A stretch of 59,408 nucleotides of DNA from Nitrosopumilaceae archaeon (GTDB lineage: Archaea > Thermoproteota > Nitrososphaeria > Nitrososphaerales > Nitrosopumilaceae): NCBI GenBank assembly GCA_965200155.1, contig CBDATR010000022.1:1-59408 (forward strand), read 5' to 3'. A program made the translations under genes and the position numbers. Positions 42,862 through 53,552 of this stretch are shown in pieces (positions within the stretch are counted from its first letter, which is position 1; each line of letters starts with the position of its first letter). The notes beneath the pieces were generated by a model, which was not told where the DNA came from, searched no databases, and saw only the letters and a program-made list of their open reading frames with translations.

Positions 42862-44722
42862 TTAACTAGTGATGGTAAAGGTTACAGTGTTGGACATGGT
42901 AGAAGTTCCTGAGGGTCCAGGGGTTCTCACAAATGCCGTATATGTGTCAGCATCTAGGTCATTGAGTGTATATGAGTTAGTTGATACGCGTGCTGATCCG
43001 CCATTAATGACTCGGTCTCTGTCCCCATCAAATACCACCACGATATAGGTAGTATCTGCCAAGTCGTTCCAGCTTAGAGTAACATCATTGCCACTTATGG
43101 TTCTACTTAGTACTAATGTCTGACTGTTATCAGGTGATGTCTGATCTTCACTGCTACTAGATGATGCAGTGAACTGGAGTTTTCCCAGATTTCCCATGGG
43201 AATGCATTCTTTGCCCACAATTATGGTGTAATCAGTACCAGGTGAGAGGCCCGTAATTGTTAGAGGGTTTGTTCTGAAACTATGTGAAACGGCACTTGAA
43301 GGTCCGGAGGATGTTGGGTAGATATCGGCGAATGTACAGGTTGCGTCTTGTGGATTATAGTCCTCTGAGGCGACCTCTATAGTTACAGAGGTGCTAGTTT
43401 TGGCTTTGATTTGGGGTAAAGATGTGCCAGAGCCACTTACGGTAAGTACAAATTCATCACTTATGGTGTCGCTACCAGCAGTTGCTGTGACACTCAGAGT
43501 GTATTCTCCTCCTGCTGTTCTATCAGGCGCCAGCTGTAGGAGGTTATCATGGAATATTCTTACAGATCCAGGTAATGTCTTATCGTTCAGGATCTCTACA
43601 CTATATGTGATGTCCCTATTATCAGGATCTATTGCATTTAGCTGTATGGTACGTACTGTGCCCCCGGCCATGGTAATGTCATTTATGGTTTCAGTGAATC
43701 TGAAATTACCTTGAGATGATTGTCCTACACTACCTTGAGATGATTGTCCTACACTACCTTGAGATGATTTTCCTACACTACCTTGAGATGTAGTGAACTG
43801 GTGGGTTCCCAGATGTCCCATGGGAATGCATTCTTTGCCCACAATTATGGTGTATTCAGTATTAGGTGAGAGGCCCGTAATTGTTAGAGGGTTTGTTCTG
43901 AAACTATGTGAAACGGCACTTGAAGGTTCGGAGGAGGTTGGGTGGATATCGGCGAATGTACAGGTTGCGTCTTGTGGATTATAGTCCTCTGAGGCGACCT
44001 CTATAGTTACAGTGGTGCTAGTTTTGGCTTTGAATTGGGGTGGATCAATACCAGAGTCACTTACGGTAAGTGTAAAGTCATCCTGTATGGTATCGCTACC
44101 AATAGTTGCTGTGACACGCAGTGAATATTGTCCACTTTCTGTTCTGTCAGGAGCCAAAACAATGTCGTATGTACCGTCAGAAGGTACGTTAGCTATGTGT
44201 GCAAATCTGGGTGCAGCTGTGCCGTCCTGTTTGGTTATCGCATATGTGACAGAATCACTCGCAGGGGTTACACTGAGTGGTATGGTTTTCTTCTCGGCCT
44301 CATTCATGGTAATGTCTGATATAGTATTAGTGAAACTAAAGGAAGCGCCAGTTGTGCTAAAGGATTTAGAGTTGGACTGGACAAAGCCTGCTCCAGTGGT
44401 TCTGACAGATACCATATAGTCAGTGTCAGGATTCAGTCCGGTAATATCATGTGTGAGTCCGGTAACGCGTGTTACCCCATCAGGAATTCTATTTCCATCT
44501 CCATCACGTAACACCACGACATAATTGGTATGGTCTTGGTACTGTTTCCATGTAACGGTGGCACCAGTGGAGGTAGGAGTTACTGTAAGGTCAAATATTG
44601 GACTGGTTGTTTGAGCAAACGCAAGATCAGTGGCCGGTATTAATACTAGTGCAAGGAGGAGCCCCCCCCCCCCCGATTAAAGCTTTAACTGTAATATTGT
44701 TACGGTTAGTAGATTTTAACAT
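42862..44722 (-). CDS. Inverted paralog of the FN3/cadherin-like surface protein, frameshifted at a G13 tract in the signal peptide
   Basis: ATG at 44722 (MLKSTNRN...) is 1 nt out of frame with ORF 42862-44517; C13 at 44662-44674; three 24-bp linker units. Confidence 0.85.
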
Positions 44723-44785
44723 TAAAAATTAGTTGACATGTAATGTTAAAAACATTGCTTTGATACTGATGTGAGTAAATACATG

Positions 44786-44877
44786 GTATGAGTTCACGTC
44801 TTCCGGAATCTTATGCACAAATCACATTAACTGTCGCGATCAGTTATGCGTAAATTTAGACACAGGTGAACTCATAC
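44786..44877 (+). mobile_element. MITE copy 9
   Basis: Perfect TSD AATACATG; a lone end motif also lies at 45034-45048. Confidence 0.93.
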
Positions 44878-45467
44878 AATACATGTTGTATACCAGACCG
44901 GCACTTCATGTGGGGATGAGACATGCGCTAATATATTAGAATGTTAGTCAGTTGTACTGGAAAATCGGCATTCCCATACAAGCCGGGTTTACCAATTCTA
45001 ATCTTGAAAGGTATCCCGTTGGCGTCTGCTTATGACGTGAACTCATACCCGCAACGTGACCCATAACAATCCATGTTCTGAATGTCTCATTGTTGGTTCA
45101 TCCCGAGTCGTGCCGGGATAATATGAACGCCTTATTCAACCACAGAGTAGCAATCACACCGACATAATGATGAGTGTATTCATGATGCCGGAACGTATCA
45201 TAGCGCCGTCCGGGATTGCGCGTATATAAAACAGATAACAGGACGTGTTCCGGGATATTGCCGGGAATGATGGGTGATGCCGGAACGTATCACTCCAATG
45301 CATCAACGGCCATCTCTATTTGGATATTCAGAGCGATACCTCGTTCCTGGAATGGTCGATTTATACTGTCCCGCTCACCGATTTGTTCACCAACGGTTCT
45401 CATATAGCCGTCATCATTATTGAGACCGTGATTGCCTTCCCGGGTAGCTGCTAGGGCCCCCACCATG

Positions 45468-45559
45468 GTATGAGTTCACGTCTTCCGGAATCTTGTGCAC
45501 AAATCACATTAACTGTCGCGATCAGTTGTGCGTAAATTTAGACACAGGTGAACTCATAC
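45468..45559 (+). mobile_element. MITE copy 10
   Basis: Perfect TSD CCACCATG. Confidence 0.93.
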
Positions 45560-45669
45560 CCACCATGAGCCATTCACAAAGTCGTTTTACCCATTAAAGC
45601 GCGGGTCATTTAAGGAATCGGAATTTCCCATTTAGAGTGATTCATTATGGTGAGAATGATTCCTGCCAA

Positions 45670-46137
45670 GTCAGTCCATATAACCTCGCCGCCATATAAT
45701 GTCGGGCTATCCTATGAATGAGTATCTGGGCTGGCTGGAAACGGTGTTTATAGAGCATTGATGGATGGCGGCCGCTTAATATGGCACCCACTGGCATATT
45801 TCACACTATGACATACTCCGCACCGAGATAGTGTGGTACTAGAACCATTACTCAAGTCCTAGCAGACATGCCTGGAAGAGTCCATCCTGACATATACTCA
45901 AAGAGTACCATGAAACTTGAGGGAAGCCCCGACATGGCCGATAGTGAGTTTAAGGAATATTCTGATGGATTATTACATATACGCTCAGGGGTCACCCGGC
46001 TATAAGGATAACTTGACATGTTCGGGGGGTACTGTGGTGGCAGAGAGAATAGGCCGCAAGTTTATTCATTCATCCAAGAAGTCAAAACGATTATTGAATC
46101 TGGAAAAACCCTAGCCAGCTGACAAGGAATATTGTAC
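45670..46137 (+). pseudogene. Heavily deleted paralog of the SPPY methyltransferase at 49399-50484
   Basis: Fragments TSPPYNV, YLGWLETVF, DGGR, NMAPTG, DMFGGT, RKFIH, DKEYC in shifting frames. Confidence 0.75.
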
Positions 46138-46166
46138 CGAACAGTATAATGCCAGCACGTATTACT

Positions 46167-46697
46167 CTATTCAAAGAGGATCACCCCCGTGATAATGGCT
46201 GCGCCAACAAGGAAAGTGACCATGGGCAACCCTGGATACACAATCATGCCACTGGCGTCCGGCTTGGCAACAGTTCCATCCTCACATATGATACAGAAAC
46301 GGTCATCCCGTTTTTTGACAAAGTACAAGAATCGTTTGGGGAATGGTAAGTCCGTCCTTCTCACGCATATCATAATGTGGCATAACAACATGGTTACCAT
46401 CCCGCCAGATACCATCATGATAACAGCCATGATATCGATGGTCAGCATTGCCATTGATAACCCGGATATGAACCACCAGTCACCGGAACCGGCAAATTTC
46501 CATGTCACCACAGTGATGATTCCGATCATACTGCCGCCGACTAGAATGGTTGTGAAATCAATCGTCTCATATGATAATACCAGAACGGCGGCACTCACCA
46601 TTAATGCGGTAATACATGACTCTAATGCGACACTTCTATCTCTATAATCAGAGACAGCTGCCGGTATCATGCAGAGAACGGCCAGTATCCATTCCAT
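46167..46697 (-). CDS. Prepilin peptidase (A24, PibD/FlaK-like)
   Basis: AVSDYRDR and GSGD catalytic aspartate motifs; C-terminal PGLPMVTFL. Confidence 0.82.
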   Translation of the reverse strand: MEWILAVLCMIPAAVSDYRDRSVALESCITALMVSAAVLVLSYETIDFTTILVGGSMIGIITVVTWKFAGSGDWWFISGLSMAMLTIDIMAVIMMVSGGMVTMLLCHIMICVRRTDLPFPKRFLYFVKKRDDRFCIICEDGTVAKPDASGMIVYPGLPMVTFLVGAAIITGVILFE

Positions 46698-46719
46698 GCA
46701 GGGCGACGTTACGCCTCAA

Positions 46720-47072
46720 TAAAAGGCAGGTCATGATGATTCCATTCAGGATATGGGCAGGTGAGCCGGGCGGTTTTCGGTTATGGTCCGTGCCGGAGGT
46801 TCTTGTGGGGCTTGATCAGCAGCAGGGGGTTCGTCCTAGTGGTCGTGCCGGGTGTTCATGATCATGTGGTGCTGCCACCGGGCTGATCAAGGATATGACA
46901 GTCACTGTTGAGCGTGCCGGGTGTTCTTGATCATGTGATGCGGTCACCGGGCTGGACTGATCAGCCATATGCCGGGGAGGTTCTTGTGGTACTGATCAGC
47001 AACCGGGTGTTCTTGTGGGGCTGATCAGCCATATGCCGGATGTGTTCTTGATCATGTGGTGCGGCAACCATG
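46720..47072 (+). repeat. TGATCA array D with leader fragment
   Basis: Same modules (GGTTCGTCCTAGTGGTCGTG, GGATATGACAGTCACTGTTGAGCGTG). Confidence 0.85.
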
Positions 47073-47664
47073 CTTGTCGACAGAATGAGAAATACCCACT
47101 TGACATATGTCAGCAGGAAGTGCCTGAGAATCATTCCAGAATGCTACCAATTCTTGGGCAAGACCGGATTTGCCTGGCGTTATTTACAAATCTTACGCTC
47201 TATTTATGCCAAAGTGATGATTTTGAATCTAGTTCGAGAACCATTCAATGACTGAACTTGAACACCTGTAGTCTATCCACCACACCGTTCCCTCCTTGAT
47301 ATCATACACCGCCTGCCATCCATCACAGTGTAGCAACCCTTGAATGGTTTTAGACTCACTGGTATAGTTCAGAAAAAATACCGTTATCCACTCCGTTAGA
47401 CATGAATCGTCAGTCATGAAGCGACGGTTAATGGGTTGAGTGACTAGCCATTTATCGGACTAGCATTACCTCATCCGGATATTATTTAGCGAGTTCATCA
47501 GCTTTCTGTTTGGCCTCATCCAATCTTGGCGCCGTGAGGTACTCTTTGTTGTAATGGTACTCTCTTGAAATTCTGTCATGGTGTGATAATATGTCTCATT
47601 CTATTGATGGGTTGACGCGGAATGTGTGGATGTTCATGATTCAAAAAACTAAATCGTTGGTAAA

Positions 47665-48030
47665 CTAGCCTATTGATTGAACATTACCAGACTCATCAAG
47701 CGCGTATGTGCTATTCTCTTGCCATATAATGGCGCGTGATCCATTACATTGAGTACAAGCCTCAAATCTACCTAGACTACCGTTACAAATATTCCTCAAT
47801 GGTCCGTAATCATTACTCCATTGATGTGATCCGCCTGTATTCGGACATTCATTCTCATTACAATCATCATAGAAGAATTCATCTATACGGAGGAATTTGT
47901 TCTCCAATGACCATTGACACTTGTTACACTTTCTTGTATTATAGTAAACGTCATCATAGATACCGTTACGGGTATGTGTCCAATCATGGCTTCCACCTTT
48001 CATACAAGTGATTGGGTGTAAACTAACCAT
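47665..48030 (-). CDS. Small Cys/His-rich protein with two C..GGSHxW...CxxC units
   Basis: Internal duplication; AACCCATTAACC motif 25 nt upstream (48056-48067). Confidence 0.65.
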   Translation of the reverse strand: MVSLHPITCMKGGSHDWTHTRNGIYDDVYYNTRKCNKCQWSLENKFLRIDEFFYDDCNENECPNTGGSHQWSNDYGPLRNICNGSLGRFEACTQCNGSRAIIWQENSTYALDESGNVQSIG

Positions 48031-48482
48031 TCTGTGAATGGTTGTGCTATTCTAGGGTTAATGGGTTGACAGGATATCATTCCCGTCCTGATCAATCCCA
48101 TATTCAGTCTGTATCATCACATTTCTTGCACCATTTCAGTAATAGAGTGTGATACCTGTAAACAGGACGAATGTGACTCATGCTACAAATATGGCACTGG
48201 CGCCCGTTCTGTGTTACCATCTAATCTCCTTGGAATGGTTACACGCCACTATATTATGTCCCATTCGCGATGTTACATGGCTGAATTTGTAAAATCATAT
48301 CCTGTAATAATGACTCCTGTAATCCAGATCTCCCCATTTATATTCCCCGTCATGAATGAACCTTGTTAGACTGAGTAATAGTCCCTTGTTGAACTTCATC
48401 CCATGACTCATTGAATGGTGCACGACCCTGCCCATGACGTACCCATCACCCCGCTTAAGGAACCGAACATGTGTACATGGAA

Positions 48483-48695
48483 TAGACCTTATGCGCAGAA
48501 TCACTTCCCCCACCTTGCGTGAAAAAGGTCAAGGGACTAAATATTCCCAACAAGGGGACTGTTGTTCCAGTCCAATGAATCCATATAGGTCGCTCAAGCA
48601 ATACTGAATCCGGTTGTAACACACGCTCGGTACCATTTCCACTGGTTAACCCCAATTTGGAGCGGCCTTGATGTCAATCATGCGTATAAGGTCTA
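48483..48695 (+). mobile_element. ~213-bp MITE of a second family (IS5/IS630-like ends)
   Basis: Inverted ends TAGACCTTATGCGCA / TGCGTATAAGGTCTA. Confidence 0.7.
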
Positions 48696-49433
48696 TTGCG
48701 TTCTCTCCATCTTCCACATCATAATATCTGAAATCAAATCATCAAACGGTTTTACCTTGTTGCAGTATCCACAGTGAGATTTGGTATCACAGTCGTCAAA
48801 GATTTTGGTGTTTTGTGACCGGTATCCTCTGCTTTGCATTTGACTGAATATATTATAAAATAACGAGATGTCTTCCATGATCTTGTTTTGTGTATTGCCA
48901 TTACCATATTGCTTTATAACGTAAACCCTGTCCATGAATGTCTCTAGTCTTCGTCTTGCTGCTGTGGGTTTTTCACAGGTTCCTAACTCTGTCTTTTTTT
49001 CATATCTGTCCTTATCTTCTGTAACCATTACCATTCTCATCGGATGATGTTTTAGTACAGTTGCCCAAAAAGTTGATTCTGTCTCTCTTGAATGAAATGA
49101 AGTCTTGCAGCTTATGATTCCCAATACATACCACTGAATTGTGAAACCATCGTGATTCTTTTTGCGATACAGAACAACAAGGTCGGTATCGGGCAAATCC
49201 AGTCTGTAACCCTGTGCACAGTCTGTAGGAAATCTTACCCTGATAAAATCAAGAACCTTTTCTTTGTAGTCGTCCTCTATGATTGATTTTTTGTTGTCTA
49301 TCTCATTTAGTGCAGCTATTGTGATGTCTTCCTTGTTGAGAATGCTGTTCAGTATCTGCTTGACATTAAGCTCTAGTTTTTTTCCTACTTTTGCCCTTTT
49401 ACCTTGGTGTCTTGATATTACTTCTTCTGCCAC
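48693..49433 (-). CDS. Type II restriction endonuclease, BsaWI-like PD-(D/E)XK
   Basis: LPDTDL...IISCKTS motif, overlapping a methyltransferase gene. Confidence 0.65.
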   Translation of the reverse strand: MAEEVISRHQGKRAKVGKKLELNVKQILNSILNKEDITIAALNEIDNKKSIIEDDYKEKVLDFIRVRFPTDCAQGYRLDLPDTDLVVLYRKKNHDGFTIQWYVLGIISCKTSFHSRETESTFWATVLKHHPMRMVMVTEDKDRYEKKTELGTCEKPTAARRRLETFMDRVYVIKQYGNGNTQNKIMEDISLFYNIFSQMQSRGYRSQNTKIFDDCDTKSHCGYCNKVKPFDDLISDIMMWKMERTQ

Positions 49434-50484
49434 TTGTTACGAGTTGTTTTTCAGGCGGTAATAAGTGATCACTCATGTACAGATCGAGTTTTGAGGATTT
49501 TTTCCCGCTTTTGATGTCATATTCCATTATGCGCTTTTGTGCCACTTTGCAGTATTCCTTGGACGTATCAATATGGATAAAATTCCTTTTTGTCTTATGT
49601 GCTGTCAATGCTGTGGTTCCGGTTCCCCCGAACATGTCTAGGACTGTATTGTCTTTGTATGTGTAGTATTTTATTAGCCTGTAAATCAGGTCTTCCGGAA
49701 ATGGTGCCGGATGTCCATTTCTTTTGGTTTCTGGCTGTATGTGCCAATAAGCATCAGAGAATTTCTTAAACTCTTGCCCTGTTATGTCAATATCCTTTTT
49801 GTTTCCATCGAGGCTCATGGAATCCTTACAATAAACCAACACATATTCCCAAGAAGGCATCACATGAGGGTTTGACGGACTCTTCCAGCTTCCCCAAGCT
49901 GTTCTCTTGTAGATGTTTTGCTTGTACCATAATATTTCAGCTCTGAAAATGAATCCCATATCCCTCAGCCTTTCTGAAATATCATGGTGTATGGGCTTGA
50001 AATCGGCTATTCCTGTAGGTGCAATGTTTAATGCAAATCGTCCACCGTCAACAAGTACCCTGTACAGCTCACGAAATACAGTCTCCAACCAACCAAGGTA
50101 TTGTTCATAATCCATGTTGTCTCTGTGTTCGGAATAATCCAGACTCACATTGTAGGGAGGAGACGTTATCGCCATGTGTATGGAATTATTTGGAAATTTC
50201 TTCATGGTATCAAGAACGTCTGCATTGATTATCTTGTTTGTTGGAAGAGCAACATCATTCTCCAATTTTATTTTGTTGTAGTTTAGTGTCAACTGTGTCA
50301 TCTTTTCTCGATATTCTGATATTTTTTCACGAAGTTGTCTCTGTTCTAGTTCATTGTATTTTTGCTCAGCTTCTATGCTTCCTTCTCGTCCACAAGATAT
50401 GTCAAACTGTTTTTTTGTAGATGGATCATATCCTCTGAATGTTACGTACCTGTTTTTTTTGATTGTTCTTATTATCCTCATCAC
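49399..50484 (-). CDS. Beta-class amino (N4-C/N6-A) DNA methyltransferase with N-terminal extension
   Basis: ITSPPYN, HPAPFP, LDMFGGTGTT. Confidence 0.9.
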   Translation of the reverse strand: MMRIIRTIKKNRYVTFRGYDPSTKKQFDISCGREGSIEAEQKYNELEQRQLREKISEYREKMTQLTLNYNKIKLENDVALPTNKIINADVLDTMKKFPNNSIHMAITSPPYNVSLDYSEHRDNMDYEQYLGWLETVFRELYRVLVDGGRFALNIAPTGIADFKPIHHDISERLRDMGFIFRAEILWYKQNIYKRTAWGSWKSPSNPHVMPSWEYVLVYCKDSMSLDGNKKDIDITGQEFKKFSDAYWHIQPETKRNGHPAPFPEDLIYRLIKYYTYKDNTVLDMFGGTGTTALTAHKTKRNFIHIDTSKEYCKVAQKRIMEYDIKSGKKSSKLDLYMSDHLLPPEKQLVTSGRRSNIKTPR

Positions 50485-50568
50485 ACTGACAACGGAAAAA
50501 CATTATAAAAATTTTACATTATTCTAAGTGTAACTTTATACTGTTACACCATAATTAGTGTAATAATG

Positions 50569-50660
50569 GTATGAGTTCACGTCTTCCGGAATCTTGTGCA
50601 CAAATCACATTAACTGTCGCGATCAGTTGTGCGTAAATTTAGACACAGGTGAACTCATAC
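50569..50660 (+). mobile_element. MITE copy 11
   Basis: Perfect TSD TAATAATG. Confidence 0.93.
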
Positions 50661-50846
50661 TAATAATGAACCAAAGGGACAAAGAAATTACAGTCAAGCA
50701 AGAATCATAACATGGTTCTCTACTGATTGGTCATCAGCCACAAGTCCTACCAATGAAGCACCATAAGGATGGACCACCTTGGAAAACGAAATCATATTAG
50801 TTGACAAATGAGGGAACCGGGCCTATCACATACCAGCATGTCTTAT

Positions 50847-51020
50847 TAGACCGTATGCGTAAAATCACTTCCCCCACCTTGTGTGAAAAAGATCAAGGGA
50901 CTATTACTCAATAGTAGTATCCGGGCTACACAAACATGGGGGACTATTATCCATATAGGTCGCTCAAGCAATACTGAATCCGGTTATAATACACTAGTAC
51001 CATCATTGAATACGTATAAT
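50847..51020 (+). mobile_element. Degenerate copy of the second-family MITE
   Basis: Shares left end and ATCCATATAGGTCGCTCAAGCAATACTGAATCCGGTT with 48483-48695. Confidence 0.7.
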
Positions 51021-51114
51021 CACGGGAATCTGTGGTGCATTTGATGGCCAGACAATCCATACAGAACCCAAATAAACATAATTTATATACATTGATTAAT
51101 ATATAATATGCATA

Positions 51115-51279
51115 TTGGAAGCAAGATACTCCGGTGGCTGCATTATGGGGCAGTATGAATATGACATGCTGACAAAACTGGTAGAGTCAGGAAAGATACG
51201 ATCAAGAGGCAGGTTCTTCCGTGAGATGATACGCCGACACGGAAAGGCCATACTGGAAGGCAGAGAGCCGCCAATCTAG
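51115..51279 (+). CDS. Small RHH-like protein, paralog of 18917-19087
   Basis: ...LTKLVESGKIRSRGRFFREMIRRHGKAILEGREPPI. Confidence 0.55.
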   Translation: MEARYSGGCIMGQYEYDMLTKLVESGKIRSRGRFFREMIRRHGKAILEGREPPI

Positions 51280-52190
51280 TTTTTTGTATATTTTGTAGGG
51301 TGTGTCGCGGAACAACCGGGACATAATGTATTAGAACGAACCCAGGAGCAGCCGGGCACCTTGTAACCACTCCTCTTTATCTGGTTGATGTGATACTCTG
51401 TTATCTTCTTGTTATAGTCCGGGGCGCCCTGGAACAGGTCACTGATGTCTGGAATATCGATACCTGTATTCAGGTGGTACGTTGCCACAAGGAAGCGGCC
51501 TGAATGTGATAAATTCCCGCCTTGAGATATCATATCCAGGCACTTTGTTATGCACGGGGGTGTGTCGCCACTCTTAATGACTTTGTTATACTCACACCAT
51601 TCTGTAATGTCTGGTGGTACCTCTATGGGCGGCAGTCTTGTCATCTTCTCGATACGATTCCTAATGTACCGAGTAATGGCATCTCGCATTAATCTGAGGA
51701 ACTTGTCCGGCTCCAGATGGACAAAGCCCTTGTTCACATGCTGGTTGATTAGCTTCCATGTATTTCCAAGGCCGACCGCCAATGGCAAATATTGGGAGAC
51801 ATGCAACGTATACAGGCCTTTATCACTGCCTGGTTCTGAACCTAATACTTCCCGGCATATGGGAGTTATGTCTACATTGCGCCCCTGCATCATGTGGATG
51901 GAGTATAGTGCTTCTGTGTATGAGAACCGGCCTATCAGTTTATGGTTATTCATCCTCCTACATAATATAACGGCCGCCAGGAATGACTCTGTTCCTTCCG
52001 GCTCCATGTAGCGGCGGTCTAGAATAATTTCCTCGATTGCTCTATTCTTGGCCCACCGCTCCCAGTCATGTATTCCCGGATGCATTCCCGCAATAGCCGC
52101 CCTTACCCTTTCTACACCCAAGTCGATGTTAATCTCGGTCTTGCCTTTCATGTGAATAGCGGATTCCGGCATGAAATGTAGTAATACCAT
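51276..52190 (-). CDS. priL: Archaeal DNA primase large subunit
   Basis: WKLINQ..KGFV, PPCI, NLSHSGRF, PDYNKKITEY, YKVPGC...LCPGC..HP (Fe-S domain). Confidence 0.88.
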   Translation of the reverse strand: MVLLHFMPESAIHMKGKTEINIDLGVERVRAAIAGMHPGIHDWERWAKNRAIEEIILDRRYMEPEGTESFLAAVILCRRMNNHKLIGRFSYTEALYSIHMMQGRNVDITPICREVLGSEPGSDKGLYTLHVSQYLPLAVGLGNTWKLINQHVNKGFVHLEPDKFLRLMRDAITRYIRNRIEKMTRLPPIEVPPDITEWCEYNKVIKSGDTPPCITKCLDMISQGGNLSHSGRFLVATYHLNTGIDIPDISDLFQGAPDYNKKITEYHINQIKRSGYKVPGCSWVRSNTLCPGCSATHPTKYTKN

Positions 52191-52215
52191 TCTAAATCAT
52201 ACAAGTCAGGGTTTA

Positions 52216-53148
52216 TCATTCCACGAATATGGTGGACTGGCCTATAATGATATCATCCCCGAATAGAAGAGCGGTATAGACACCCGGCCCGTGCTGCTCT
52301 AGTATAGGGGTAATGTCAGATATAATGGAAAAGTCATCCTCCCATTGTATTGCCTCTATGAAGGGAATTATTACCAGTTCCTCATGGTATTCCGGCCGCC
52401 ATGTTATGGTGTCAAATGGTGTCTGGGACGCCGGTGCATCTTGGTCTACGTCATACGGATCAGGGCACCGTGTCACGTACATCTCTGATTCCATGTAATA
52501 GTAACCGTGGGGCGGAATTATAGAGGCCACAATCACCCCATTGTCATAACAGTATGTTCTCTCGACCTGCCCGCGGGTCAGGTTGTATGGTAAAGGATCA
52601 TAGCATAATGAGATGCTGTCTATAACATTCATGGAATGACCGCTCAATGTTAGAGTGGTGCCATTAATGGATGCCTCTGTGAATGTCACGTAACTATACT
52701 CAAAGTGTTGTACGACTCTCATGTTATAATCATCATGCGAGATTCCCAGATTGACATGGGTGTGGTGCTCGTTTAGTATGTTATCACGGTGTCCCGGGCT
52801 GTTCATGAAACCATTCATGATTTCTTCCAAGTCCTGGAATGGTGATACGGGAACGAACAAGTCATTAATACAGTAATCCAGGCCGGATACGTTCTCGGCG
52901 TTGACACCTGTCCCATTATATCGCATGTACGGTTTCATGCCGTCCAGTCCCCAGTTAGATAAGTAGCAGTGTTCCAGCATGTTTTCAGCGTGTTGCTGGG
53001 CCGCCATATCATTACCAAGTGAAACTGGCTGTAGTCCGGCCATTTCTCTTTCATGGTTGATCAATTCCAGCATGTACTGATCAAGTGTTTGTTCCTGGGA
53101 ATGAGCGGTACCGGCCACTAGTGGTGCTAGAGCCAGTAATAGATTCAT
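52216..53148 (-). CDS. Secreted CAP (SCP) domain protein
   Basis: LINHER, AQQHAENM, AENV, MNSPGHRDNIL. Confidence 0.88.
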   Translation of the reverse strand: MNLLLALAPLVAGTAHSQEQTLDQYMLELINHEREMAGLQPVSLGNDMAAQQHAENMLEHCYLSNWGLDGMKPYMRYNGTGVNAENVSGLDYCINDLFVPVSPFQDLEEIMNGFMNSPGHRDNILNEHHTHVNLGISHDDYNMRVVQHFEYSYVTFTEASINGTTLTLSGHSMNVIDSISLCYDPLPYNLTRGQVERTYCYDNGVIVASIIPPHGYYYMESEMYVTRCPDPYDVDQDAPASQTPFDTITWRPEYHEELVIIPFIEAIQWEDDFSIISDITPILEQHGPGVYTALLFGDDIIIGQSTIFVE

Positions 53149-53366
53149 GATTTTAATTCAGTCATGATGTAATAAAAGGACAGTTCATGTTAAACCATGA
53201 AACTGGAGAGACCTGATGGGGGAGAATTCATAGGCAACACTGAGTGATGTAGATTGTCTCAATACTATCAGGTGTGATGGTTGATGTACGCGATAACGAA
53301 ATAGTGCACCGCATTAGTGTCATTCCATGACCATGCCTTTTACCTCTGTAACAAACTAGTTCTAAC

Positions 53367-53552
53367 ATGGCATATAACATAGAGGGGAGAAGTAAGTCTG
53401 GTTACTGGTACTATTATGGATCAGAAAATGACAAAGACGATGCAATTGGTACCGCAAAGATGATTTCGGTAGAAAAACCGGGCATGCTTGTCCACGTTAC
53501 AGATACAGAGACAGGAGAAGTAGTATTTGATATCACAGTTCAAGTGTCTTGA
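53367..53552 (+). CDS. Small hypothetical protein
   Basis: Protein-like 61-aa ORF. Confidence 0.5.
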   Translation: MAYNIEGRSKSGYWYYYGSENDKDDAIGTAKMISVEKPGMLVHVTDTETGEVVFDITVQVS

